Shown one piece after another: positions 8,847 to 19,221 of a stretch of DNA of 64,000 nt. Position numbers and translations under genes: made by a program. Each line of letters begins with the position of its first letter. The stretch's first letter is position 1. Where the stretch lies: positions 103,510 to 167,509 of the IMG/VR virus record IMGVR_UViG_2716884767_000001, one strand, 5' to 3'. The notes under the pieces are model-generated. The model ran no database searches, was not told where the DNA came from, and saw nothing but the letters and a program-made list of their open reading frames with translations. This DNA is from a virus.

Positions 8847-10401
8847 GGTATTAATTACTGCTAGTGGATTGGGTTCTAGGCTTGGTAATCTTACTAAATT
8901 TACTAACAAAGGACTTGTTAGAATTGGTAAGAAACCTGCTTTAAGTTACATAATTGAGTCTTATCCTGATGATGTGGAGTTTGTTGTAACTTTAGGTCAT
9001 TATGGTGATCAGGTAGAGCAGTTCTTAAATCTTGCTTATCCTGATAAAAAGATTACATATGTACCAGTAAAAAATTATGATGGTATAGGAAGTAGTCTTC
9101 TTTATTCAATGTCTTTATGTAAGGATGAGTTACAGTGTCCGTTTATATTTCATGCTTGTGATACTGTAGTAGAGAAAGAAGAGTTTGACTTTAGTTCAAA
9201 TTGGGTTGCTGGTCATAAGAATGGTAGTAGTTTTCAATATAGAACTTTGAATGTAAGGAATGAATCTTTATTAAAAATTAATGAGAAGGGAGAAGAGTTT
9301 TTTGATTATGTTTACATAGGTCTATGTGGTATTAAAGATTATGAATTGTTTTGGAAATATACTGATGAGATATTAGAAGATTCATTATTTCGTAGTATAG
9401 GAATAGTGAGTGGTCTCTCTGATTGCCATGTTATTTCTAGTATGATAGATCACTCTGATTTTTCAGTTATAGATTATAAAACTTGGTATGATATTGGTAA
9501 TGTAGATTCACTTAAAAAGAGTAGAGAAGAAATTCCTGATAGGTTCCATCTTTTAGATAAAGAAGATGAGAGTATCTTTATTTTTGATGAAGATTTTGTA
9601 ATTAAGTTTTTCTATGATAAGCAGGTATGTTGGAGTCGCATAGACAGGATGCTTGCACTTAAGGGTCTTACTCCAAATTATCTTGCATCAACAGATAATT
9701 TTTATAAGTATCAGTACGTTAAGGGTGATACTTATTCTAGAGTAGTTGATGCCAATAACTTTAAGAAGTTTCTGAATTGGTCTAAGGATAATTTATGGAA
9801 GAAAACTGATATAGATATCTCAGATAAATGTGAGGAGTTTTATTTTACTAAAACTTATAAGAGAGTAGTGAAGTATCTTACTGATAATGGAATGGGTACT
9901 GATAGTGTTTGTATAATTAATGGTCAAGAAATTAAATCTATATTTGATCTGATGACTAACATTGATAAGGAGTATATATCTTCTGCTGAAGGATATCAGT
10001 TTCATGGTGATTGTGTACTAGAGAATATTATTTCTAAGGATGATAATTATACTTTGATTGACTGGAGGCAGGACTTTGGTGGTGATAAGTATAGTGGTGA
10101 CATATACTATGACTTAGCTAAACTTAAACATAACTTAACTGTTAATCATGATATACTAGATAAGGAGTTATATACCATTGATATTGATGAAAATAATATT
10201 AATGTGGATATTTTTCGTAGTAATGAGAAGTGTGAATGTGTTAAAGTTTTAGAGAACTTTATAAATGAAATTGGTTTAGATAATAAAAAAGTTGATATTA
10301 TTAAGTCTTTGATATGGATCAATATGGCACCACTTCATCCACAACCAATTGGTGATTTTCTTTTCTATTTTGGTAAGTATAATTTACATTTAAATCTATG
10401 A
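8833..10401 (+). CDS. Nucleotidyltransferase fused to an aminoglycoside/choline-kinase-like phosphotransferase
   Basis: N-terminal ITASGLGSRL...NKGL; C-terminal FHGDCVLENI and LIDW, YDLAKL. Confidence 0.8.
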   Translation: MVEYKVLITASGLGSRLGNLTKFTNKGLVRIGKKPALSYIIESYPDDVEFVVTLGHYGDQVEQFLNLAYPDKKITYVPVKNYDGIGSSLLYSMSLCKDELQCPFIFHACDTVVEKEEFDFSSNWVAGHKNGSSFQYRTLNVRNESLLKINEKGEEFFDYVYIGLCGIKDYELFWKYTDEILEDSLFRSIGIVSGLSDCHVISSMIDHSDFSVIDYKTWYDIGNVDSLKKSREEIPDRFHLLDKEDESIFIFDEDFVIKFFYDKQVCWSRIDRMLALKGLTPNYLASTDNFYKYQYVKGDTYSRVVDANNFKKFLNWSKDNLWKKTDIDISDKCEEFYFTKTYKRVVKYLTDNGMGTDSVCIINGQEIKSIFDLMTNIDKEYISSAEGYQFHGDCVLENIISKDDNYTLIDWRQDFGGDKYSGDIYYDLAKLKHNLTVNHDILDKELYTIDIDENNINVDIFRSNEKCECVKVLENFINEIGLDNKKVDIIKSLIWINMAPLHPQPIGDFLFYFGKYNLHLNL

Positions 10402-11342
10402 ATCCAAAACTTTTTATAGGACCTATGAGTAAAGAGATAGTTGATGTAGTTATCGACTATCCAGAACCTCTTGGATTAATACCATCTCGTCGTCAGGTGG
10501 ATTATGAAAGTGGATATGTGAATGGTTGGGTGACAGAAACTTTCTGTAATTATGTAAAAAGTAAAACTGATAAGGTCGTATTAGTAAGAGATCATGGTGG
10601 TCCTAATCAAGGATATAAAGTTGATAATGGTATAGAGTCTTTTTTAATTGATTGTCAAAATTTTGATATGATTCATATAGATCCTTTTAAGAGGTTTAAA
10701 GCAATTAAAGATGCTGTGAATGAGACTCTTAAGTTTATAAGGATGGGTCTTCAAGTTAATCCTAATATTAAATTTGAGATTGCAACAGAGGAGGCAATCA
10801 AACCATTACCACCAGAGAAACTTTCTTCATTCCTCAAGAGAATATATTCATCCACTACACAGGAAGAGCAAGATTCAATTAAGTATTGTGTGATTCAATC
10901 TGGCACTGCACTCAGAGAGAATAAGAACATAGGATCATATAAGAAAGATTGTTTGGAGAAGTCAATAGAGATAGTTAAGGAGTATGGTTTAATTAATAAG
11001 GAACATAATGGAGACTACTTGGAAACATCTTTAATTAAACAAAAGTTTTCTGTAGGATTGCAGACCATTAACATAGCACCAGAGTTTGGTCAGTTACAAA
11101 CAAAGATATACTGGGAAAATATGAATCGGAAACAGAGAACTAATTTCTATAAGATATGTTTGGACTCAGGTAGATGGAAGAAGTGGGTTGATGAAGATTT
11201 TGATCCAGAAGTCGATGTAGAATCCTTGGTAAATATATGTGGGCATTATGTTTTTTCCCACCCCAATTTTGATAAACCAGAAGGATTAGAGGAAGAAATA
11301 AAAACAACAATAAACAAAAGAATTACGGAGATTTTATCATGA
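10398..11342 (+). CDS. TIM-barrel protein, GatZ/KbaZ (tagatose-bisphosphate aldolase/epimerase)-like
   Basis: RDHGGP, MIHIDP, EIATEE, KEHNGDY, INIAPEFG; resemblance judged by eye. Confidence 0.5.
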   Translation: MNPKLFIGPMSKEIVDVVIDYPEPLGLIPSRRQVDYESGYVNGWVTETFCNYVKSKTDKVVLVRDHGGPNQGYKVDNGIESFLIDCQNFDMIHIDPFKRFKAIKDAVNETLKFIRMGLQVNPNIKFEIATEEAIKPLPPEKLSSFLKRIYSSTTQEEQDSIKYCVIQSGTALRENKNIGSYKKDCLEKSIEIVKEYGLINKEHNGDYLETSLIKQKFSVGLQTINIAPEFGQLQTKIYWENMNRKQRTNFYKICLDSGRWKKWVDEDFDPEVDVESLVNICGHYVFSHPNFDKPEGLEEEIKTTINKRITEILS

Positions 11343-12073
11343 AGAAAAAATTTGCTGTTTGTTTTTCAGGTTATCCTAGATTTGTTAAAACAACCTTTCC
11401 TAATATAAAAAAGAACTTTTTAGATGGTCTTGGTAGTTATGACATTTATGCTAATCTTCAGTGGGATGATGATAATTGGAAAGGTAGTATGATTCATCAT
11501 GAGAGTAATATTACCTTTAAGAATAATGAATTAGAAGATTTTAAAGAGATGTATACTCCACTTAACATGGTTAAGTGTCAGGTAAATAAACCCTTTGTAT
11601 ATGATGTATCAGACTATGATAAACTCTCTGCTGAATATGATTTACATCTTACATCAGAGAAAGCAAAGGATGTAATGTATAGGTTTAAGTCGCAGTATCA
11701 GGGAATTGCTGATTGTGTTAAACTTGTAGAGAATCCTGATGATTACGAGTACTTTGTTAGGATGAGAACAGATCTTATATTTGAGTCTGAGATTGAGATG
11801 AAAGACTTAGAAACTGATGATATAATGAATCAGAATGGACATGTTGCAGGAGCAGATAGGCATTGGTCTGATTGGTTCCTTATTGTTCCTACTAAGCATT
11901 TGGATTTTTATGATGATCTTGCTAAAGTAGAAGACCACTTTGCAGATGGTATTATTCACATGCATAAGATTATAGAAAATGTAGGTAGACCTTATAATAT
12001 AACTCATTATGAGTTTGGAGTAGGAACTCCTAGCACTAATAAAGAATTGTTTGGGAATTTATTGGTGAGTTAA
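11339..12073 (+). CDS. Hypothetical, putative glycosyltransferase of a 'CFSGxPR' family (copy 1)
   Basis: AVCFSGYPR N-terminus, VRMRTDL motif; paralogous to 13931 and 15703. Confidence 0.6.
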   Translation: MKKKFAVCFSGYPRFVKTTFPNIKKNFLDGLGSYDIYANLQWDDDNWKGSMIHHESNITFKNNELEDFKEMYTPLNMVKCQVNKPFVYDVSDYDKLSAEYDLHLTSEKAKDVMYRFKSQYQGIADCVKLVENPDDYEYFVRMRTDLIFESEIEMKDLETDDIMNQNGHVAGADRHWSDWFLIVPTKHLDFYDDLAKVEDHFADGIIHMHKIIENVGRPYNITHYEFGVGTPSTNKELFGNLLVS

Positions 12074-12913
12074 ATGTCCAACTTGAAGAGTGGGTTATCT
12101 GGATGTAAGATAGAACTTTTAAATGGTAATACCTTAAGAAAACATTCATCTTCAAAGGATTATAATGATAGATTAAAGATTCAAGTTAAAAAGCAATCTT
12201 TATTTTCTCATTTTGTATTAAATAATATTGATACTCCAAACATATTGAAAGTCAATGAAAATTCAATTTTTTCTTTCGATATGGAATATGTTTGCGGGTA
12301 TTCTTTTGATGAATATTTTACTCATATTAGTATTAAAGAGGTAGATAATATAGTTGATTCTTTATTTGGTTACTTTGATTTTCTAATTGATAATTCAAAA
12401 ATATACAATCAACAATTATCCAAATCAATTTTATTTAAAAAAATTAATAGTATTGATAATTATAGAAAAGATTTTTTAAATTATCTTACTAATAAAATTT
12501 CTGATATTGAATTCAAAATTCCATATAGTTTTTGTCATGGTGACTTAACTTTTTCAAATATTATATTTCATCCCAGAAGATTATATTTTATAGACTTTCT
12601 TGATTCATTTATAGATAGTTACTTGATTGATTTTTCTAAACTAAAACAAGATTTGTATTATGGATGGAATCTTAAGATACAGGATATTAATAACTTGCGA
12701 ATTAAACAAGTATATAATTATATTTGGTATAAAATTGAGAATAGATATAAATCACATATTAATAGAATAGAGTTTAAAATAGTTGATGTGATAAACTTTC
12801 TTCGCATTGAACCTTACTTGACTTGTAGTAGAGATCGTGTTATACTAGATAAAATATTAGAAACAACTGATATATATGAGGAATTTAATCGTTCCCATGG
12901 CTGGAAAGTCTAG
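12074..12913 (+). CDS. APH/choline-kinase-like phosphotransferase
   Basis: FCHGDLTFSNI, YFIDF, DFSKLKQD. Confidence 0.78.
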   Translation: MSNLKSGLSGCKIELLNGNTLRKHSSSKDYNDRLKIQVKKQSLFSHFVLNNIDTPNILKVNENSIFSFDMEYVCGYSFDEYFTHISIKEVDNIVDSLFGYFDFLIDNSKIYNQQLSKSILFKKINSIDNYRKDFLNYLTNKISDIEFKIPYSFCHGDLTFSNIIFHPRRLYFIDFLDSFIDSYLIDFSKLKQDLYYGWNLKIQDINNLRIKQVYNYIWYKIENRYKSHINRIEFKIVDVINFLRIEPYLTCSRDRVILDKILETTDIYEEFNRSHGWKV

Positions 12914-13931
12914 TCGTTTTCCAAATATGAGACCTAAATGGATGCTAACACATCCAAAGAGAAATAAATTCATGGTTACGGAAGCAATCTCTGGACTTAA
13001 TTTGGATTTTTTTGATAGTATATATTTTGTAGTTCTTTCAGAACATGAAAGACAGTATCATTTTACAAAAGGATTTCAAAATGAACTTGATGAAATGGGT
13101 ATTGGTAATAAATCTAAAATTGTATATCTAGATAACCAAACAGAATCTCAATCAGAGACAGTTTATCAGTTAATTATAAAAGAAAACCTTGATGGTTTTA
13201 TTTTTATTAAAGATAGTGATGGGTATTATAATTGCACCTTAACTGAAGATACAAATCAAGTTGTTTATTTTGATTTGAATAATATGGATGGTATTAATGC
13301 ACGAACAAAGAGTTATGTGCAGATGGATGTTAATAATGTTATTACTAACATTGTTGAAAAAAAAGTTATAAGTTCTACCTTTTCTTGTGGTGGATATGGA
13401 TTTTCTAATGCTAAAGAGTTTTGTTTAATGTATGAAAATCTTAAGCAAATGGAAGGTGAATGTTATATTAGTCATATAATTTTTGAGATGATGCTTTCTG
13501 GATCAGTTTTTCGGGGAATTGAATCTAAAGATTTTAAAGATTGGGGAACTTTAGATGTTTGGAAGGATTATAAAAAGGAATATAAAACTATTTTTTGTGA
13601 TATTGATGGGACTTTAATTACAAATTCTTCTATACAGTTTCCACCATATGTTGGTAATGGTATGATTATTAAAGGTAATGTTGATTATCTTAGAGAACTT
13701 TACGATAAAGGAAAAACATATATCATACTAACCACAAGTCGTCCAGAATATATGCGTTCAGTAACAGAGGATGAAATGATTAAGTATGATATTCCATATG
13801 ACCAATTGATTATGGGTCTTCCACATTGTAAAAGAGTATTGGTAAATGATTTTGCTAGAAGTAATTCATATCCTTCCTGTGAGGCTATAAATATTCCCAG
13901 AAATAGTGAAACTTTAGAAGAGTATTTGTAA
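12876..13931 (+). CDS. Nucleotidyltransferase-like (GT-A fold) fused to a C-terminal HAD phosphatase
   Basis: IVPMAGKSSRF...PKWML; C-terminal KTIFCDIDGTL, LTTSR. Confidence 0.78.
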   Translation: MRNLIVPMAGKSSRFPNMRPKWMLTHPKRNKFMVTEAISGLNLDFFDSIYFVVLSEHERQYHFTKGFQNELDEMGIGNKSKIVYLDNQTESQSETVYQLIIKENLDGFIFIKDSDGYYNCTLTEDTNQVVYFDLNNMDGINARTKSYVQMDVNNVITNIVEKKVISSTFSCGGYGFSNAKEFCLMYENLKQMEGECYISHIIFEMMLSGSVFRGIESKDFKDWGTLDVWKDYKKEYKTIFCDIDGTLITNSSIQFPPYVGNGMIIKGNVDYLRELYDKGKTYIILTTSRPEYMRSVTEDEMIKYDIPYDQLIMGLPHCKRVLVNDFARSNSYPSCEAINIPRNSETLEEYL

Positions 13932-14683
13932 TGAAAATAGCATTATGTTTTTCTGGTCAACCCAGAGACATTGATATTAACTATAATGTATATCGAGAAA
14001 ATATTTTAAATAAAAATGATGTAGATGTTTTTGTACATACATGGTGGGATTCAGAAAATTTAAGTCATAATTCAATAATTCCAGATAGAGTTCATAAGAC
14101 ATTTGCATCAGATGCAATTGATAGGATACAGGATTTATATAAACCAACTAAAATACTAATTGAAAAACCTAAGACTTGGAAAAGGGTATATGAGATGTCT
14201 GATAAGGGTTTCAATGAAATTATTGGTTGGGCACAACAAGCTAAGGGTGGAATTGAAGCAGCAAAAAAATACTATGGTAATGTTGCTAATAGTATGTTTT
14301 ATAGTATAATGATGTCTAATTTACTTAAAGAACAACATTCAGTTGAAAATGATATTAATTATGATATAGTGATAAGAGCAAGATTTGATTTTGCTCCATA
14401 CGTTGCGATTGATTTTAGTAATATAAATCTTGGAGATGATGATATTATTTGTCATCATACTCCTGGTTTACCAAATAATATCGCACACGATTGGTTTGCT
14501 TTTGGTACAACTGAATCAATGAATGTTTATTCTGGAGTTTATAATCATATAAATTCATTAGTTAAACAAGCATTACGTGTTGATGGTATGTGGACACAAG
14601 AATTTCTAGTAAAACATCATCTCAACAATAATAATCTTCGAGTGCTTCATGCAAATTTATCAGTTTATGGTCATAAAGGATGA
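13931..14683 (+). CDS. Hypothetical, putative glycosyltransferase of the 'CFSGxPR' family (copy 2)
   Basis: IALCFSGQPR, VDVFVHTW, YDIVIRARFD, DWFAFG. Confidence 0.6.
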   Translation: MKIALCFSGQPRDIDINYNVYRENILNKNDVDVFVHTWWDSENLSHNSIIPDRVHKTFASDAIDRIQDLYKPTKILIEKPKTWKRVYEMSDKGFNEIIGWAQQAKGGIEAAKKYYGNVANSMFYSIMMSNLLKEQHSVENDINYDIVIRARFDFAPYVAIDFSNINLGDDDIICHHTPGLPNNIAHDWFAFGTTESMNVYSGVYNHINSLVKQALRVDGMWTQEFLVKHHLNNNNLRVLHANLSVYGHKG

Positions 14684-14731
14684 TTATTTTTAACCTATAT
14701 ATTACTATAAGAAAATAGTGGAGTTTTTATT

Positions 14732-15706
14732 ATGAAGAAGCAGAGGGTTATTATATGGGGTTTTTACCCTGAAAATGGCGTGCTTAAAAATACGATTTCA
14801 TATGTTTGGAATTCTTTTTCTGATGCCTTTATACATCTTGGATATGATGTTTATTGGTTTCCGAATGAAAAAGTAGATAACTTTGATTTTACTGATTGTA
14901 TTTTTATTGCAGAGGGTCATGATGATTCAGAGATACCTTTAGAGAAAACTTCTACTTACTTTGTACATTGTGCATGGAATCCAAAAAAATATATTGGTAA
15001 TGTTGCTAGATTTATTGATATTAGACATGCGTTAAAATATACAAATCAAAAAAATTATATCTTTGAACTTGATAAAGAAAAAACCAAGATGGATCCTGGT
15101 GTTTATTATGAACCATCTACAAATCAAGTTGTTAATTTGAAGAATGGTTATGTTGATTATATGGTCGAAGATTTTGATAAGATCTATATGAGTTGGGCAA
15201 CAGATTTATTACCAGATCAAATAAATGAGAATGATGTATATCATCCAAGAGGAGATAGTATCTATTTCTTAGGTTCTTTATCTACTGATGGTGAGTTTGA
15301 AAATGTATCTTTATTAAAAGAGTTTGGGGATGAATGTCAAAAGAATGGTGTAAAATTTCAAATTAATAATTTCTATCAAAATCAAATATCTAATGAGGAT
15401 CATATTAAACTTTATAAAGAATCTATATTAGGATTTGATCTTCGATGTAAAATAAACATCGATTGGGGGTATGTTCCCTGTAGGGTATTTAAAACAATGA
15501 GTTATGGTCATTTAGGATTAACTAATTGTCCAGAAACTTTAGTTGAATTGGAAGGACATGTTAAATATAGTCCTACACCTGCAGGTGTTTTCCATGAGGG
15601 TATGAAGCATAAAGGTGATTATAAATTTATTAAAGATGGTCTTCATTATATTAAAGATTATCACACTTATATTAATAGAGCCAAGAGTTTATTGAAAGTA
15701 TTATGA
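14732..15706 (+). CDS. Hypothetical, putative GT-B-like glycosyltransferase
   Basis: YVPCRVFKTMSYG resembles the C-terminal motif of CgeB/YkvP-type GTs; island context. Confidence 0.5.
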   Translation: MKKQRVIIWGFYPENGVLKNTISYVWNSFSDAFIHLGYDVYWFPNEKVDNFDFTDCIFIAEGHDDSEIPLEKTSTYFVHCAWNPKKYIGNVARFIDIRHALKYTNQKNYIFELDKEKTKMDPGVYYEPSTNQVVNLKNGYVDYMVEDFDKIYMSWATDLLPDQINENDVYHPRGDSIYFLGSLSTDGEFENVSLLKEFGDECQKNGVKFQINNFYQNQISNEDHIKLYKESILGFDLRCKINIDWGYVPCRVFKTMSYGHLGLTNCPETLVELEGHVKYSPTPAGVFHEGMKHKGDYKFIKDGLHYIKDYHTYINRAKSLLKVL

Positions 15707-16428
15707 GATTAGCTTTTTGTTTTACTGGTCAACCCAGAGATGTAAAAAATACATTAGATGGTATAAAATCATCTTGGTGTGATAATCAGGATGTAGATTT
15801 TTTCTTTCATAGTTGGTATGGTGAAGAAGGAGTTCCATTTAAAAATGATGTTCCTTCTGATGTTTATAGAGATGATTTGTTTGATTATGTAATTGAAAAA
15901 ATTAATCCAGTTAATTATTTGATAGAACAACCAAAAGAGTTTAAGACGTATCCAGATTCTCCACACTGGCCATGTGGGCATCCAAAATTTAATCCAAATC
16001 CTACGTATAGTAGTCAGTGTCAGTTTTATTCTAATATGAAATGTATTGAATTGAAAAGTGAATATGAGAAAAAAAATAATTTTGAATATGATGCTGTTAT
16101 TAGATGTAGATTTGATTATATTTTCTTTGACAAATATGATATTAGTAAGTATGATATGAATTATCTACACGTTAAGAATGATTGTACTCATACAGAATAT
16201 GCTCTTAATGATATGATCGCTTTATCAAATACTCCTAATATGAATATCTATGGTGACTTGTTTAACCATTTAGACAAATATTTTAATATGGGTATAGAGT
16301 TCAATCCTGAAGTTATTTTAGGATATCATATAATGTTTAATAATGTTAAAGTTGCTAAAACATTAGGTGATAAGACATCTGGTGAGATTTCCACACATCC
16401 TGAAAGATTAGCAAATAGGTTTATTTAA
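15703..16428 (+). CDS. Hypothetical, putative glycosyltransferase of the 'CFSGxPR' family (copy 3)
   Basis: LAFCFTGQPR, VDFFFHSW, YDAVIRCRFD. Confidence 0.6.
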   Translation: MRLAFCFTGQPRDVKNTLDGIKSSWCDNQDVDFFFHSWYGEEGVPFKNDVPSDVYRDDLFDYVIEKINPVNYLIEQPKEFKTYPDSPHWPCGHPKFNPNPTYSSQCQFYSNMKCIELKSEYEKKNNFEYDAVIRCRFDYIFFDKYDISKYDMNYLHVKNDCTHTEYALNDMIALSNTPNMNIYGDLFNHLDKYFNMGIEFNPEVILGYHIMFNNVKVAKTLGDKTSGEISTHPERLANRFI

Positions 16429-16430
16429 TT

Positions 16431-17372
16431 ATGAAAATATCAATAGTTGGACCAGGCATTATGCCAATACCACCTACAGGGTGGGGTGCTGTAGAAATAT
16501 TAATCTGGGATTCTAAAAACGCATTAGAAAAATTAGGTCATAAGGTTCAGATTATTAACACCAAAAATGGTAGAGAGATAATTGACAAGATTAATTCCTT
16601 TAAACCAGATTTTGTTCATATACAGTATGATGAGTTTGTTCCTATAATAGAGTACATACAATATCCATGTGCTATCACAAGTCACTTTGGATATCTTGAA
16701 AGAAAAGAAATGTTTAATGGGTATATAAATGTTGCTAATGAATTTCAAAGAATAAAACCAAATGTATTTTGTTTATCTGAAGGGATAGAAAAGGTATATA
16801 ATGTCATGTTTAATATACCAAAAGAGAAAACATTTGTAACTCCGAACGGGGTGAATCTTGATAGATTTAGAGTAACTAATACTCCAAAGTATTCTGATAG
16901 AAGTTTGTATCTAGCAAAGATTGATTATAGAAAAAGGCAACATATGTTCCAGTCCATAGACAGTTTATGGTACGCAGGTAATATTGCTGATAATCGTTTT
17001 AATCAGAATAAAAATTATCTAGGTGAGTGGTCTAAAGAAACTCTTTACGACACTTTAACAGAATATGGTAATCTTGTATTACTATCTGATGGTGAGGCAC
17101 ATCCATTAGTTTGTATGGAAGCACTTGCTGCTGGTCTTGGTGTGGTTGTATGTCAATGGGGTGCTGCTAATTTAGATACTAGTAAAGAATTTATCACAGT
17201 AATCCCAGAGAATAAGATATCTAATATTGCTTATGTAGAATCTAAAATGCTAGAGAATAGAGAATACTCTCGACATCATCGCAAAGATATACTAGAATAC
17301 TCCAAGCAGTTTGATTGGATTAACGTTATGAGGGATATCTATATACCTACTATAGAGAGTCTAATAAAATGA
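16431..17372 (+). CDS. Glycosyltransferase, GT-B fold (GT4-like)
   Basis: IPPTGWGAVE, PNGV, EAHPLVCMEALAAG (E-x7-E). Confidence 0.8.
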   Translation: MKISIVGPGIMPIPPTGWGAVEILIWDSKNALEKLGHKVQIINTKNGREIIDKINSFKPDFVHIQYDEFVPIIEYIQYPCAITSHFGYLERKEMFNGYINVANEFQRIKPNVFCLSEGIEKVYNVMFNIPKEKTFVTPNGVNLDRFRVTNTPKYSDRSLYLAKIDYRKRQHMFQSIDSLWYAGNIADNRFNQNKNYLGEWSKETLYDTLTEYGNLVLLSDGEAHPLVCMEALAAGLGVVVCQWGAANLDTSKEFITVIPENKISNIAYVESKMLENREYSRHHRKDILEYSKQFDWINVMRDIYIPTIESLIK

Positions 17373-18088
17373 GTGATGTTCAATTTGGTGTTTTTTATCA
17401 GGTATATAAGAACAATAAAGCTACCAGATTTGTTTTAGAAAATTTTAGGAGGTGTTTCCCACATAATCCTATAGTTCTTATTTCAGATGGAGGAAATCAT
17501 TTTTCTGATATTGCTGAAGAATTTGATTGTAGTTACCATATGATGGACAATCTTTGTGGAAAAGATTCTCCTTATAAAGGTGAAGGTGATGAAGATCATT
17601 ATGCATGGAATGGTCTTAGAGTGGTTGAATGGTGGAGAAGACAAAAATTAGTTTGTGAAGAAACTAAACAGGATTATATAATGATTATGGAAGATGATGT
17701 CTATGTTACAAATTCTTTTGATATACAATCTCCATTTCATCTTAGAGGTATTCGGTATTCTAATCCATTTATGCCAGCAATGAGTGAAGAGATATCTAAA
17801 AATTCTGGAGTTGATCGTGGATATGGGATGTGTGGAGGATCAATGTATAATGCTAAAACATTATTGTCAATATATGATGATGTTATTGAAGATATTAAGA
17901 ATAATCATGATAGATTGATAGAAGAAGATCGTTATCAATGGAAGGGGTTGGGTGCTGTAGATCTAAATATTACGTATCATTTTAACAAACGTGGTTATGA
18001 ATATCAAGCAGCACCATGGCTTGTTGAAGTAAGGGAAGGTAACTATTTTAGTTTCCCTGTTATTCATAAGTGGAAGGAGAATTATTGA
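17369..18088 (+). CDS. Putative GT-A glycosyltransferase
   Basis: LISDGG, IMEDDV motifs; island context. Confidence 0.55.
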   Translation: MSDVQFGVFYQVYKNNKATRFVLENFRRCFPHNPIVLISDGGNHFSDIAEEFDCSYHMMDNLCGKDSPYKGEGDEDHYAWNGLRVVEWWRRQKLVCEETKQDYIMIMEDDVYVTNSFDIQSPFHLRGIRYSNPFMPAMSEEISKNSGVDRGYGMCGGSMYNAKTLLSIYDDVIEDIKNNHDRLIEEDRYQWKGLGAVDLNITYHFNKRGYEYQAAPWLVEVREGNYFSFPVIHKWKENY

Positions 18089-19221
18089 TGACTGTAGTAC
18101 CTTATAAAGGAGTTGGTATTTTCAATGAGGACGGAACTTACCGTAAGGAAGATGATGTCGTTCAGGGTAGAAGTTACAGTAGTAACTTAACTAAACTTTT
18201 AAAACAACTACCTAAGTTACAAACTTTGCAGGAAGGTAAACCACCTTCTCCTGTGATGGCTCATATATCTTTAACGAATGCATGTAACTTGACTTGCTCT
18301 TTCTGCTGTTTTGCTAACAGGGATATCTCAGATAAGATGCCTACGGAGAAAGTTTTTCAGGCACTTGAAAGTTTTAAAGCAATTGGTGTAACAGGTGTTG
18401 AGTTTACTGGTGGTGGTGAACCAAGTATTCATCCACACTTTAAAGAGATTGTTCGTTATGCAAAAGACCTTGGATTTAGTCTTGGTATATGTACCAATGC
18501 TGCAAGGTTTGGAATGGACAGACCAATCAAGAAGGATATAGTAGAACTATTTGATTGGGTTCGTATGGGAATGTATGGTTTCTATGAAGGATATGATTAT
18601 GACCTAAGAGTATTTGAAGGAACTAATTGTAAACCATCAGCAGCATATGTGTGGGATGAGAATCTAGCAACCTCTAGTAATCCTAACATTACAGGTGAAT
18701 GGACAGACGTAAAGAATAAAAGAATACTTTCTAAGAAGTTTCAGACCACCAATAATTTCATTCGTATGCTAGACTGGGTGGAGGAGAATAAGATTCCTTG
18801 CCGTATTGCTTTTAATGCCATTAAAGATGTTAAGGAGACTGCTAAAGACATCGAAACTATTCGTGGAATTATACAGTCCTACGAAGAAGATAGAGGTCAC
18901 AAATTACAGTCGGCCTTTTTGTCTGACTTTAACTTTAAAGGAGAACGCAGGAACGATCATTGCTATATGCATATGGTAAAACCATTCCTCTTTACGGATG
19001 GTTACATCTATGCTTGTCCATCAGCAGAACTATCAATCGAGAACAATTATAACTATGTTCCTGAGTCACAGTTTGCTGTATGTGACATAGATGGCATAGA
19101 AGAATTCTACAGCAAACCTCCAACCCTCCGTCATCATGGGTGTCATTACTGCAAGTATGCAATGCAGAATGAGTTGATAGATGATATTTTAACTGATACA
19201 ATACATAATGATTTCGCATGA
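18088..19221 (+). CDS. Radical SAM enzyme with a C-terminal auxiliary Cys cluster (SPASM/twitch-like)
   Basis: CNLTCSFC (CX3CX2C), FTGGGEP, C-terminal C...DGYIYAC...CHYC; ATG 18088 overlaps the upstream TGA. Confidence 0.9.
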   Translation: MTVVPYKGVGIFNEDGTYRKEDDVVQGRSYSSNLTKLLKQLPKLQTLQEGKPPSPVMAHISLTNACNLTCSFCCFANRDISDKMPTEKVFQALESFKAIGVTGVEFTGGGEPSIHPHFKEIVRYAKDLGFSLGICTNAARFGMDRPIKKDIVELFDWVRMGMYGFYEGYDYDLRVFEGTNCKPSAAYVWDENLATSSNPNITGEWTDVKNKRILSKKFQTTNNFIRMLDWVEENKIPCRIAFNAIKDVKETAKDIETIRGIIQSYEEDRGHKLQSAFLSDFNFKGERRNDHCYMHMVKPFLFTDGYIYACPSAELSIENNYNYVPESQFAVCDIDGIEEFYSKPPTLRHHGCHYCKYAMQNELIDDILTDTIHNDFA

